Position numbers and translations under genes: made by a program | In this document: one piece after another, positions 18,067 through 26,906 of the stretch | Position numbering within the stretch: the stretch's first letter is position 1 | How the letters are laid out: every line of letters begins with the position of its first letter | The notes under the pieces: generated by a model | What the model saw: only the letters and a program-made list of their open reading frames with translations | What the model was told of the DNA's origin: nothing | Databases searched by the model: none | Source of the DNA: Pseudomonas phage BRkr | Length of the DNA stretch: 64,000 nt | Sequence record: LC765218.1 | Direction: 5' to 3' (one strand)

Positions 18067-18516
18067 ATGAAACATGTAGCAGCTCTATTTCTTCTCGTCT
18101 TGTCCTTTGCAGTCAATGCGAATAATTATCTCGTGTTGAACGATGACGTATGTGCGCTGGTTTATCAAACCAGCATCGTTGTCGGTAATCAGATTGAGGA
18201 GAAGAACGCTAATTCTGATCAAGCTTCGATTGCTGTTCAGAATGCGTATTGGACTCTATGGAATAAAGTGAAAGACATGCCGAAATCCATGGAGTACGAA
18301 ATCACTGCAAACCTTACGGCTCTGTGGTATATCAAAGACAAGATCGTTAACTTCCATGTTGACATTACGCGATACAGGAAACAGTTTGGTCCAAATGGTT
18401 TTAATGGGATGACTGCGACCGATCGTGCGGCTGAAAGATTGTTTTCTGCATGTCGGATGAGTAAGAGTTTCGATCCTAAACCTTTTACGGTGCCTAACCC
18501 AGCCGATAAGAAATAA
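18067..18516 (+). CDS. secreted protein (signal peptide)
   Basis: RBS GAGGA; N-terminus MKHVAALFLLVLSFAVNA. Confidence 0.6.
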   Translation: MKHVAALFLLVLSFAVNANNYLVLNDDVCALVYQTSIVVGNQIEEKNANSDQASIAVQNAYWTLWNKVKDMPKSMEYEITANLTALWYIKDKIVNFHVDITRYRKQFGPNGFNGMTATDRAAERLFSACRMSKSFDPKPFTVPNPADKK

Positions 18517-18524
18517 ATGCATAT

Positions 18525-18546
18525 GCCCTCTCCTTCGGGAGAGGGC
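18525..18546 (+). terminator. hairpin GCCCTCTCC-TTCG-GGAGAGGGC
   Basis: perfect 9 bp stem. Confidence 0.65.
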
Positions 18547-18572
18547 TGTATGTACTAAAATTTTTTTCAAAT

Positions 18573-18581
18573 CTATATTAC
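18573..18581 (+). promoter_or_regulatory. CTATATTAC motif about 30 nt upstream of ATG 18612
   Basis: recurrent motif. Confidence 0.45.
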
Positions 18582-18611
18582 GTATTTGCTGAATCCATAA
18601 GGACTTTACAA

Positions 18612-18782
18612 ATGACGTATAAGAGGAAACAGTCTATCTGGTTAATGATAATTGGACTAATCGTCTTTGTCATTATTGCCTGTATCTACACGAAGAAACA
18701 CGCTGAACGTCAAGTTGAGCAATGTAAAAAATATCCCCTTTCTTGTCAAGAGGTAGTTACACATGTCCAGTCGTTCCGCTGA
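18612..18782 (+). CDS. small membrane protein (56 aa, 1 TM)
   Basis: ATG after promoter motif; hydrophobic WLMIIGLIVFVIIACIY. Confidence 0.4.
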   Translation: MTYKRKQSIWLMIIGLIVFVIIACIYTKKHAERQVEQCKKYPLSCQEVVTHVQSFR

Positions 18783-18957
18783 TCGTCTTCAAGTACTTGT
18801 AAATGGTGGTAAATCGGTTATCGCTACAAACCCAGATATCGCAAAACGTATCGCCAGTCTTGAGATAGGTTGGGAAGAACGTTCTGGTGAATTACTTCCC
18901 ACTGTAAAAATTACATTCCGAGATCCAGAACCTTTGAGGGGTGGTGTAATTGGCTAA
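18763..18957 (+). CDS. hypothetical small protein
   Basis: RBS AGAGGT. Confidence 0.45.
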   Translation: MSSRSADRLQVLVNGGKSVIATNPDIAKRIASLEIGWEERSGELLPTVKITFRDPEPLRGGVIG

Positions 18958-19444
18958 CAAGATCGCAATAATCCACGGTACATGGATGCCTGATCCAGAT
19001 AATGAGACCGGCTGGGAACTCGCTGTCGTTCCGCTTGTTCAGACGTATTGCAATTCAAATTGTACTCGTTATATCCCTGGTGGTCAATTCAGTCTGATTA
19101 ATCTGACTGATGATACTGTTCTCGATAAGGCTATTAATAACTCAATGTCATTTACGCATGACATTGAAACTTTTATCAAGGTAACAAATAAACCAGGTAT
19201 TCATCGAATGACACCTGTTCCTAAAACAGGTAGTATCACCATGCATAATCTCGGCCAGTTGGACGATGAAGGTGAAGAGTATGATGTTTACCTGATGATC
19301 CCAAGTAATATTAATGCCGCTCTTAAAGACCGGTGTTTTGAATGGGATGGAATGTACTTACTGAGAGACATCGAGGTTGAAGAAGATGAGCTGTTGGAAT
19401 TGGCTACCTTGGAACTTCTCAAGCAAGTCCGCTTCGGTGAATGA
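18950..19444 (+). CDS. hypothetical protein (TTG start; next ATG at 18986)
   Basis: track start is TTG preceded by GGTGGTG. Confidence 0.5.
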   Translation: MANKIAIIHGTWMPDPDNETGWELAVVPLVQTYCNSNCTRYIPGGQFSLINLTDDTVLDKAINNSMSFTHDIETFIKVTNKPGIHRMTPVPKTGSITMHNLGQLDDEGEEYDVYLMIPSNINAALKDRCFEWDGMYLLRDIEVEEDELLELATLELLKQVRFGE

Positions 19445-19484
19445 CTCAAATGTCACGTCACTAAATAAAAAAGAGTTATCTTTT

Positions 19485-19832
19485 ATGCTTCGAGATAGAA
19501 CCATTGTCATAGATTCTAAAGAAGAGTTCTATGACAAATATGTTCGCTACATGACAACTCAAATTCTTCGGGATATCCGTTCTGAAATGGAATTGGATGA
19601 TTATGGTGGAAATTACGCGAACGTAAAATATGATTCGTCTGGAGCAGCCTGGTTCGAAATACATGTATCCCACATACTCACAAAAGAGTTAAAACTCTCT
19701 CTAAGAGAAGCAATGGGTAAGCATGGTTGGTCAATTGAAATCATTGATGAGGCTAGCCCTACTAATGAAACAGGTGAGTCAATTGTGACCCGTATTAAAA
19801 TCTATCTCACTCATGGAGAGCTTGTCCGATGA
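19485..19832 (+). CDS. hypothetical protein
   Basis: first ATG downstream of previous stop (track ORF 19377 overlaps previous gene). Confidence 0.5.
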   Translation: MLRDRTIVIDSKEEFYDKYVRYMTTQILRDIRSEMELDDYGGNYANVKYDSSGAAWFEIHVSHILTKELKLSLREAMGKHGWSIEIIDEASPTNETGESIVTRIKIYLTHGELVR

Positions 19833-20173
19833 CCCTTGGTATTTCAAAATCGCTTCTGGAAGATGCAATCAAAACTCTCCGGATGGAAACCGACAATTGT
19901 TCTATTCCGACAAAAAGTGAAGTTATTGCGATGCTGGTAGAACGCCAGGCTAATGAAGTCTGTGCAAGCATCCGTAAAAAGATCCTTGAAGATCTACCTG
20001 GTTTCAATAACTTCCATTATGTCAGAAACTATGAGATTGTTGTCGAACATAAAGACGACATTGCTTTGTCTGTAAAGAAAGTTGTTAAAGCGCGGTTGAA
20101 AGAAGCAGGATGGACGAAGGTAGAGTTCTGCGAACATAGTTGCGGTATTACAAAGATCAGGATCAAGCTATGA
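19829..20173 (+). CDS. hypothetical protein
   Basis: ATGA coupling. Confidence 0.55.
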   Translation: MTLGISKSLLEDAIKTLRMETDNCSIPTKSEVIAMLVERQANEVCASIRKKILEDLPGFNNFHYVRNYEIVVEHKDDIALSVKKVVKARLKEAGWTKVEFCEHSCGITKIRIKL

Positions 20174-20592
20174 AAAACACCCGTTTAGTAGAAGTGGCTA
20201 AACATGCCTATTGTTTAATCGGTGGTCTGCCTGAGCCAGAAGACCTTGATGAAAATGAAAAAGAATACTGGGCGACTATACCGAGTGAAGACATCAAACT
20301 TGCTTCGCATTGGAAACTCGTATCTACCGGTCCTCTTTACGACCTCCTGATGAAGTTTAGTAAAATAGACCACGATCGAGTTAACCCTTATCCGGGTGGT
20401 CCCACTCTTAACACCGATGAACTTGAAACATTCAGGATTCCAGGTGAAGATGAGGGTGCTTTGATTTGGCGTGATGTCTGTATCACGTGGTACAAACGAC
20501 CAGGGCGTTGCATGTGTGCTTCAAGGGATCTCACCGATGAAGAACTCGTGCAACTAGAACAAGAACTCAACAAAGCGATCGAAAAACCATGA
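20170..20592 (+). CDS. hypothetical protein
   Basis: ATGA coupling at 20170. Confidence 0.55.
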   Translation: MKNTRLVEVAKHAYCLIGGLPEPEDLDENEKEYWATIPSEDIKLASHWKLVSTGPLYDLLMKFSKIDHDRVNPYPGGPTLNTDELETFRIPGEDEGALIWRDVCITWYKRPGRCMCASRDLTDEELVQLEQELNKAIEKP

Positions 20593-20957
20593 CCGTATAT
20601 TTCGAAGGCACTGGTGAACCGCGCGCAGCCACGTTCAGTGAAGTACGTGATCTGTTTATAGACGCGGTAAATAGTAAACGAGATGAAATTCTCGCTGAAG
20701 CTGAACAAGGTAAGTATGAGGCATATGTCAATCCGAATGCTGCCATGGCGGATGATATTGTCTCTGGTGTACTCGGTGTGATTGAAGGTAACCATCCCGA
20801 CTGTCCCGGTTTTTCACTCATTCCTAAGGTGGGTGAAGAAGAAAAAGCCGAAGCTATTGAAGCAGGTGGAAACTGGATTCCATTCGCATCTGAAGATGTG
20901 GAAGCAATCGATATTTCCGATGGGGTAGTTGATTATTTCAAATTGGTAAACAGCTAA
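20589..20957 (+). CDS. hypothetical acidic protein (C-terminus ...KLVNS)
   Basis: ATGA coupling. Confidence 0.55.
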   Translation: MTVYFEGTGEPRAATFSEVRDLFIDAVNSKRDEILAEAEQGKYEAYVNPNAAMADDIVSGVLGVIEGNHPDCPGFSLIPKVGEEEKAEAIEAGGNWIPFASEDVEAIDISDGVVDYFKLVNS

Positions 20958-21457
20958 TGAACTACAGTATCATCGAAGCTCCCATTCTTGTGAAGATGTC
21001 CCTACGTTCGATCATAGAGAACAAACTTTACGAACAATCCGGTTCACTCTGTCGTTATATCAAAACCATTCTGAAAAATGGTACCGTGAGACGTTACCGT
21101 GTGGTAATGGCGATCGATGATACTGATGGTGCACTGGTTGGTTATATCTTGCACAATACTGGCCGTCGTAATCTCTGTATGTTCTACGTTAAACCCGAAT
21201 TCCGGCGAAAAGGCGTCGGTTCAGGTATGGTGAAAGAACTACGACGATTGACTGGTTCAAAACTTCTACGTGGTTATTATGGTTTCCATGGATACCAACA
21301 TTTCTACGAGAAGCATTACATCTACCAAGTCGATGCTGACTTCACGACTGAAGAAACTAAACGCATTCTGAGGGGTGAAGTTAAAGCATCATCCATTCTG
21401 AAATACCGGCAACACAAACTACGTCTTAAAACCAAACAACTTGTAGGAGAAGCTTAA
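20957..21457 (+). CDS. GNAT-family N-acetyltransferase
   Basis: Acetyl-CoA binding motif FYVKPEFRRKGVGSGMV (R/Q-x-x-G-x-G/A). Confidence 0.65.
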   Translation: MNYSIIEAPILVKMSLRSIIENKLYEQSGSLCRYIKTILKNGTVRRYRVVMAIDDTDGALVGYILHNTGRRNLCMFYVKPEFRRKGVGSGMVKELRRLTGSKLLRGYYGFHGYQHFYEKHYIYQVDADFTTEETKRILRGEVKASSILKYRQHKLRLKTKQLVGEA

Positions 21458-21747
21458 TGGCTACTCAACTGATTGGCGCTGCTGTAGAAGTACGTACTGA
21501 GGCAATTGAACTGTTCAAGAACAAAGTTCGTGAACTCAGTAAAGATGACACCAACGACGGCAATGATGTTCTTTGCGGGGCAGCTGCTGCCGCTATTGAC
21601 TATGCGGTGGGTGGTGTTCTCGACGCTGTTGAAAACCATTACGAGGATATCATCACTGGGTCTACCGACCACGATGAAGACCCTGGTGTGAATCTCACTT
21701 GTGTCTCCGGGCTCTCGGAAACCTACTTCGAGTCCGTGAATACCTGA
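21457..21747 (+). CDS. hypothetical small acidic protein (C-terminus ...FESVNT)
   Basis: RBS AGGAGAAG. Confidence 0.55.
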   Translation: MATQLIGAAVEVRTEAIELFKNKVRELSKDDTNDGNDVLCGAAAAAIDYAVGGVLDAVENHYEDIITGSTDHDEDPGVNLTCVSGLSETYFESVNT

Positions 21748-22088
21748 TGAAGGTTCCTTCGTTAGATTGGAACGATCCAGACCTTGACTCCTTGCTCCGA
21801 GTGAGTGGGGAGTTTTCTGCCGTTGTTATCGACCTTGAGAAATCCATTATCAATGTCGGTGTTGCAATGTTAAATGATCTTCTGGATAAAGCAACGGTTG
21901 ACGTGGTTGACAAGACGGGTATAGCTGAAGGACCTGTCCGTGAATGGCTAACTGACTTTGCTTACAAGCTCGGTGACATTAACCTCTCCGCTGTGAAAAT
22001 GGTGGAGAACCATTCTCTGGATACTTCAGCTGCTAGTCACGTTGTGGGTTCCATCTACTCCTATCACTACGACAGGGTTAACACATGA
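21747..22088 (+). CDS. hypothetical small protein (C-terminus ...DRVNT)
   Basis: TGATGA stop-start overlap. Confidence 0.5.
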   Translation: MKVPSLDWNDPDLDSLLRVSGEFSAVVIDLEKSIINVGVAMLNDLLDKATVDVVDKTGIAEGPVREWLTDFAYKLGDINLSAVKMVENHSLDTSAASHVVGSIYSYHYDRVNT

Positions 22089-22300
22089 GTGATCCGGCTA
22101 ACGCTCTTATCGAGTATTACGCATCTCGTGGTCTTAGTGGCGTAATGGCTACACATGAACTACATACACAGATCAACGGCGATCACATCATCTTCGGTGG
22201 TGGTTGGACCGAGACAACAGAGAAAGCAGCATCATCGCTAAGGCGGCGAATGAAGCGTAGTTCCATAACCGAGGTGAATGTATGGAAGAAGCGAAAGTAG
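22085..22300 (+). CDS. hypothetical small protein
   Basis: ATGA coupling. Confidence 0.45.
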   Translation: MSDPANALIEYYASRGLSGVMATHELHTQINGDHIIFGGGWTETTEKAASSLRRRMKRSSITEVNVWKKRK

Positions 22301-22617
22301 AATACCCCTACCATGATAACGAATTTCAGAGCGGGAAAACAAAATTCCTACAAGATGAAATTCGCGAACGGGTAGATGGCATCATCAATGAAGGTTTCGC
22401 TGATATTTCATATAACGGCGAAGGACGAATGATGTCTAAACTCTTCACTGATACTGCAAGAAAAGCTGCTTTGGCTACTATCGATGCTATTCAGACTCAT
22501 GGTCAAATCATGATCGTCGGTAGTGATGTGTACGATGAAGAGGGTAAAATCCGCCTCACTAGTACGCCGTGGTATCCTGATCTCACGCAATCTCTTTTTG
22601 AGGGAGTTAACACGTGA
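22282..22617 (+). CDS. hypothetical small protein (C-terminus ...EGVNT)
   Basis: RBS GAGGTG. Confidence 0.5.
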   Translation: MEEAKVEYPYHDNEFQSGKTKFLQDEIRERVDGIINEGFADISYNGEGRMMSKLFTDTARKAALATIDAIQTHGQIMIVGSDVYDEEGKIRLTSTPWYPDLTQSLFEGVNT

Positions 22618-22958
22618 CTGATACGAAAGATGATTGTCCCTTTAAACCTACAAAAGAGTGGTTAAGAGCAAATGACTTATTCCTCCAAGAGTTTTCAGAA
22701 ACTCATGAAACGTTCAGCCGAGAAAATGTGCTCCGTTACACGGACGCTGCACAACAAGACGCGTTCGATGAAGGAATTAAAGAAGGTATCCTTCTGGCCC
22801 TTCGGTTCCTGAGTTCAGGTAACTATCGTTGCTCCAGGGATTATGACTCTAAGCTCAAGCGGAGTAAATCTGTAACTGATCGCGCTGTTGGTGTTAGGCT
22901 TATTTCTGATAATAACAATACCTTAGCAGATCAATATTTCAAACACGTTAATCAATGA
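22614..22958 (+). CDS. hypothetical small protein (GTG start; C-terminus ...KHVNQ)
   Basis: GTGA overlap preceded by GAGGGAG. Confidence 0.45.
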   Translation: MTDTKDDCPFKPTKEWLRANDLFLQEFSETHETFSRENVLRYTDAAQQDAFDEGIKEGILLALRFLSSGNYRCSRDYDSKLKRSKSVTDRAVGVRLISDNNNTLADQYFKHVNQ

Positions 22959-22965
22959 GGTAAGT

Positions 22966-23316
22966 ATGCATAATCTAAACATCGTTATTATTGGTAGTCC
23001 ATTCCTCTATGGAATCCTCACACTGATTTCGATTGGTCTGGCGGGATGGATTCTGTTCTCTAAAAAGAACTGGGTAAAACAACTTGGTTTTGCAAAACGC
23101 TTCCTCATCGCTTTGGTCATCGTAATCTTCTTCCAGTTGTCGCTGCTTCAAATTACCACTCCGGTGAAACAATCAGCGGTAACTCGATTCGATGCACCGC
23201 TGGTTGATCAATCAACTATCCCGGAAAAAGTTACCAAACCCCAAGATAATGTGTCGAAAGCTCAATCTTCTTTTGACGAACAACTCAAGAAATCTAAACA
23301 GGAAAACGCGCAATGA
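22966..23316 (+). CDS. membrane protein (2 TM segments)
   Basis: RBS GAGGTAAG; ATGA-coupled to downstream SPFH gene. Confidence 0.55.
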   Translation: MHNLNIVIIGSPFLYGILTLISIGLAGWILFSKKNWVKQLGFAKRFLIALVIVIFFQLSLLQITTPVKQSAVTRFDAPLVDQSTIPEKVTKPQDNVSKAQSSFDEQLKKSKQENAQ

Positions 23317-24179
23317 AAAAGTATATCCAATTTGTTTTTGCAATTCTGATCGCTCTCGCAGTTACCGGTTGTTCGTTTGAGGTTATTCCTCCGGCGCACA
23401 AAGGTAAGCTACTCACTGTTAACGGCTATTCCCCGGAAGTTCTCGAACCCGGTAAACTCACTGTCTATGGACGTGATCAACTCATCCTGCTGGATGGTTC
23501 GGTACAGACCAAAAACGAACAACTGACTGTAAAAATGGCAGATAAACTCGATCTGACTTTTACCGTTAGCTTCCGGACTCGCGTTGCTGGTAACGAACAA
23601 GTTATCAACGCCATGTTCAACTCGATCACCGTTGTTGACAACATCGTTACCCTGGATCAAGTTTACAGTATCTACGGGCGTGATGTAGTTAGCTCGGTTT
23701 CTCGTTCTGTGCTCGGCAAATATAAAGTCGAAGAAGTTCCTGCAAACTTCGATAAGATCACTGCTGATCTTCTGGCCAAACTCCAAGAAGCAATGAAAAA
23801 TTCTCCGCTTGAAGTATCTAACGTTACTCTCGGTAGTCTGAAGTATCCGAGTGTTATTACTGAAGCTATTGAGAAACAAGCTGAGCGTGAACTTGCTATT
23901 CAGACCGAGAATAACCAGCAAGCGATTGAAATGACCAAACGCACTAACGCCTTGAAACTGGCCGAAGCTGATCGTGAGGTTGAGCTGACTAAAGCACGTA
24001 CCCTGCGTGATCAGAACCAAATCGTTGCTGCGGGTATCAGCGAGAAGCTTCTGCAATATCGTGCTCTGGAAGTCCAAGAGAAAATGGCTAACAGTCTGGG
24101 TAACTCCGGCTCGTCCATCTTCGTTCCGTATGAAGCACTGAACAGCACTGGCATGAGCAATCGTGTATTCAGCAAGTAA
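23313..24179 (+). CDS. SPFH/band-7 domain lipoprotein
   Basis: lipobox AVTGC; C-terminal Ala/Glu-rich coiled region EKQAERELAIQTENNQQAIEMTKRTNALKLAEADREVELTKAR typical of HflC/stomatin-like proteins. Confidence 0.6.
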   Translation: MKKYIQFVFAILIALAVTGCSFEVIPPAHKGKLLTVNGYSPEVLEPGKLTVYGRDQLILLDGSVQTKNEQLTVKMADKLDLTFTVSFRTRVAGNEQVINAMFNSITVVDNIVTLDQVYSIYGRDVVSSVSRSVLGKYKVEEVPANFDKITADLLAKLQEAMKNSPLEVSNVTLGSLKYPSVITEAIEKQAERELAIQTENNQQAIEMTKRTNALKLAEADREVELTKARTLRDQNQIVAAGISEKLLQYRALEVQEKMANSLGNSGSSIFVPYEALNSTGMSNRVFSK

Positions 24180-24232
24180 TCTAAGCTGCGCATCTTAGGG
24201 TGCGCAGCTATACCTTCTCTCTAATTAAGGAT

Positions 24233-24550
24233 ATGAAAATGGAACATGTAGAAAACGTAATTGAACAACATGCGTCTCTGACCAATGCTGGTGCTTCTGT
24301 ACTGAAGTATTGCGAGGATCTTAAAGCAGATCTTCTTAAAGGTCTCGATATTGAAGCTGAAGCAGTCAAGGTGCATTCGACGTTTATCGATCGAGCTATC
24401 GCTGGTACCATGGCTGGTATCCAGAATGATTTCCATCTGGTACCAAAGTTCATCGTTAATGAGAGTGGTGAATCTCAGACTGTTGAAGTCGCTCCTAATA
24501 CTCTGGAGATTGATCTGGCAGCATCCTACTGGGCCACTGTCAACAACTGA
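24233..24550 (+). CDS. hypothetical protein
   Basis: ATG after hairpin 24184..24209; RBS AAGGA. Confidence 0.5.
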   Translation: MKMEHVENVIEQHASLTNAGASVLKYCEDLKADLLKGLDIEAEAVKVHSTFIDRAIAGTMAGIQNDFHLVPKFIVNESGESQTVEVAPNTLEIDLAASYWATVNN

Positions 24551-24561
24551 TCTGACATAAG

Positions 24562-24587
24562 GCTGTCCCTACGGGGACAGCTTTTTT
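24562..24587 (+). terminator. hairpin GCTGTCCC-TACG-GGGACAGC + TTTTTT
   Basis: perfect stem plus T-run. Confidence 0.75.
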
Positions 24588-24612
24588 GACGTTTAATTTT
24601 TAGGTGAAAGGT

Positions 24613-25035
24613 ATGCCATTTACTATACCGACATCAGCTATTATTCTTTTAATTCTAGCTGGTTTAATTTGGTTAACATTGCCATCTGAAACAAGTAAGA
24701 AAGAGAAACCAAAAAAGAAAGAAAAGCGACGTGTCATTATTGGTAGTATGACACACTACGTTGGTAGTAATCTTATTGCTTATTCAGACTTCCGTCGAAT
24801 GTATCTAGACTTTCCAGATACCCAAGGCACTGTGTTTCTTTGCTGTCAGGATAGAACAATTGAAGTATACCAATCTCTTGAATCGGCATACCGAATGGCA
24901 GGGGAAGATACGCATTCTATTCTAGAAGTTACTTTGGTTGGCGATCCTGAATGGAGTGTTAAAGTAGAGCAGGTTACAGAGGGGCAAACCGGTGTACGGA
25001 CTGAACTTGGCTTTGGTATTATCGCTATGAAGTGA
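24613..25035 (+). CDS. membrane protein (N-terminal TM, KKEKPKKKEKRR tract)
   Basis: RBS AGGTGAAAGG. Confidence 0.5.
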   Translation: MPFTIPTSAIILLILAGLIWLTLPSETSKKEKPKKKEKRRVIIGSMTHYVGSNLIAYSDFRRMYLDFPDTQGTVFLCCQDRTIEVYQSLESAYRMAGEDTHSILEVTLVGDPEWSVKVEQVTEGQTGVRTELGFGIIAMK

Positions 25036-25086
25036 CCGATGTTATGTACAGCAATACCGCTGTTCATGACTATGGAGAATCACCCA

Positions 25087-25494
25087 ATGGCGATTTATTC
25101 CCTGGACGAAGCCGGCAAGGCTATGTCCGATGCTGAGATTGCTCAGTACGAAGATGCTATCAACGAATATCTGTCTCTTCCTGGGACTGTTGATTTCCTT
25201 AACGATCCGGAACAAGCTGTCCATTTCGTTCACCGTCATTTCCGTAATGTCACCATTGCTGAAACTTCCGTTGCTGCTCTAAAGAAAGCGATTGAAGATG
25301 CCGGTTGGAAATCCGTTTCCGTTGAAATCAAGAATGGAAATGAGATGTTCGTTAGCTTCTATGTTGAAGAACAACCGGAAGCTCCGGTAGAACCTGAACC
25401 TGGTGAAGGCGGCGATAACGAAGGTGAGAATGGTGGCACTGGCGGTACTCCTCCGGAGACTGGCGGCGAAACCGAACCCGACGTTGGTGAGTAA
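25087..25494 (+). CDS. hypothetical protein with Gly/Glu/Thr-rich acidic C-terminal tail
   Basis: ATG with RBS GGAGAA; earlier in-frame ATGs are possible. Confidence 0.5.
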   Translation: MAIYSLDEAGKAMSDAEIAQYEDAINEYLSLPGTVDFLNDPEQAVHFVHRHFRNVTIAETSVAALKKAIEDAGWKSVSVEIKNGNEMFVSFYVEEQPEAPVEPEPGEGGDNEGENGGTGGTPPETGGETEPDVGE

Positions 25495-25502
25495 ACATAA
25501 TT

Positions 25503-25522
25503 GCCTCTCCTTCGGGAGAGGC
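25503..25522 (+). terminator. hairpin GCCTCTCC-TTCG-GGAGAGGC
   Basis: perfect stem; T-rich downstream. Confidence 0.65.
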
Positions 25523-25564
25523 GTTATGTCCTTTTTTTCTTTTATATTTAAACGCATTAAAAGC

Positions 25565-25573
25565 CTATATTAC
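25565..25573 (+). promoter_or_regulatory. CTATATTAC motif followed by TGTGATAAT (extended -10-like), copy 1
   Basis: tandem pair with 25605. Confidence 0.45.
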
Positions 25574-25604
25574 AACTGTGATAATAGAAGGTTATATTTA
25601 AACC

Positions 25605-25613
25605 TTTTAAATC
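25605..25613 (+). promoter_or_regulatory. CTATATTAC motif followed by TGTGATATT, copy 2
   Basis: about 45 nt upstream of ATG 25660. Confidence 0.45.
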
Positions 25614-25659
25614 CCTATATTACAAATGTGATATTCCACCATGTAAAAAGGATAGTACA

Positions 25660-26265
25660 ATGAAACAATTGCGAAAAGAAATTCTGAGTAATACCATCGA
25701 CGGTATTCCGTCTGCATGTGAGCTTCACCTGTACGTTGATTTCATTTTTAACGTACCTGTGTTCATCGTCCATAATCAACTAGCTAAAGATTTCGATGTA
25801 GACGATGTTCGTCGTTACGGTGCTGTGTTCGTGGATTTCTATTCCGCGATGAATTTCATGCAACTCGCTAAAGCTACCTGGTATGGTAACACCGAGATCG
25901 AACTCGGGCGGGTACAAGGGTGCATCAAATACCATGAGCTTTATGAGCTACTGGAAGACAAAAACGGTGATGATGAACTTATCATCGAGATCTCGGCTGG
26001 GAACAAATTTGTGTTTCTCACTGTTGGAGATGATCCCAATTCTCTTCACTTCACATCGGATATCAGCAAGGCATGTAACTTCAATAATCTTGGACATGCT
26101 GACATGATTATCGCTCGCCTTGGACTCGCGTGCGAGATGGCGTCCGTAACCGAAATCATCAAAACTGGAGTTTTCAACGATCATGATGTCGTTAACTTCA
26201 GTGTTCTCCGAAAAACCGCAGAGCGTACACATAGTGTCGTTCGCCACTACACCACTAATATTTAA
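25660..26265 (+). CDS. hypothetical protein
   Basis: RBS AAAGGA. Confidence 0.6.
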   Translation: MKQLRKEILSNTIDGIPSACELHLYVDFIFNVPVFIVHNQLAKDFDVDDVRRYGAVFVDFYSAMNFMQLAKATWYGNTEIELGRVQGCIKYHELYELLEDKNGDDELIIEISAGNKFVFLTVGDDPNSLHFTSDISKACNFNNLGHADMIIARLGLACEMASVTEIIKTGVFNDHDVVNFSVLRKTAERTHSVVRHYTTNI

Positions 26266-26279
26266 AAGGAAAATTCAAA

Positions 26280-26516
26280 ATGCTGACTTACAACATCCTG
26301 AACGATATGGTTACCATCATCCATCTGGATCCGGTTACCATGACTCCCGAGCGCTTCCAGGCTTACAACATGCATGTGGCTGGTAAACTCGGACATGATG
26401 CACGTGCTTTCATGAAGAAAGATGGGCACGGCTACGACGTGATCGAATGCTGGGGTTCCAGCGTAGAAGCCAAAGAAAAACTGATTCAAGCACTGCGCGA
26501 GGTTGATTCCAAATGA
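26280..26516 (+). CDS. hypothetical small protein
   Basis: RBS AAAGGAAAA; ATGA coupling downstream. Confidence 0.55.
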   Translation: MLTYNILNDMVTIIHLDPVTMTPERFQAYNMHVAGKLGHDARAFMKKDGHGYDVIECWGSSVEAKEKLIQALREVDSK

Positions 26517-26905
26517 GTATCGTATCTGTAAAGGTTACTCGTAAGCGTAAAGGCGTTATCCATGTTCCTCGTGGTGTTGGGTGTGCCGTTAATCCCGGTA
26601 CCAATCTGATCAGTATCGAATACAACCGTGCTGATAATTACGGTATCGCTGACGGTGTCAATGTCTTCGAGATTGATGGATTCGATAATCCCATCAATAG
26701 CCGTAATGCAGAGCTCGTCGAATGGGTAAAAGCCTGTAATGGCGAAAATATCGTTGTCCATTGTGAAATGGGCATGAAGCGTTCCAAGCAAGTAGCTCTG
26801 TGGATCATCGAACACTTCGGTTACCACATGATGGATACCATTGAATTCCAGCGGCCGGGTGATGGAAACTGGGTTCGTTACAACCGCTATCGCTCGGGAG
26901 AATAA
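26513..26905 (+). CDS. Cys-based phosphatase (CX5R; dual-specificity/RNA phosphatase-like)
   Basis: P-loop signature VHCEMGMKRS (HCxxGxxRS). Confidence 0.65.
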   Translation: MSIVSVKVTRKRKGVIHVPRGVGCAVNPGTNLISIEYNRADNYGIADGVNVFEIDGFDNPINSRNAELVEWVKACNGENIVVHCEMGMKRSKQVALWIIEHFGYHMMDTIEFQRPGDGNWVRYNRYRSGE

Positions 26906-26906
26906 C

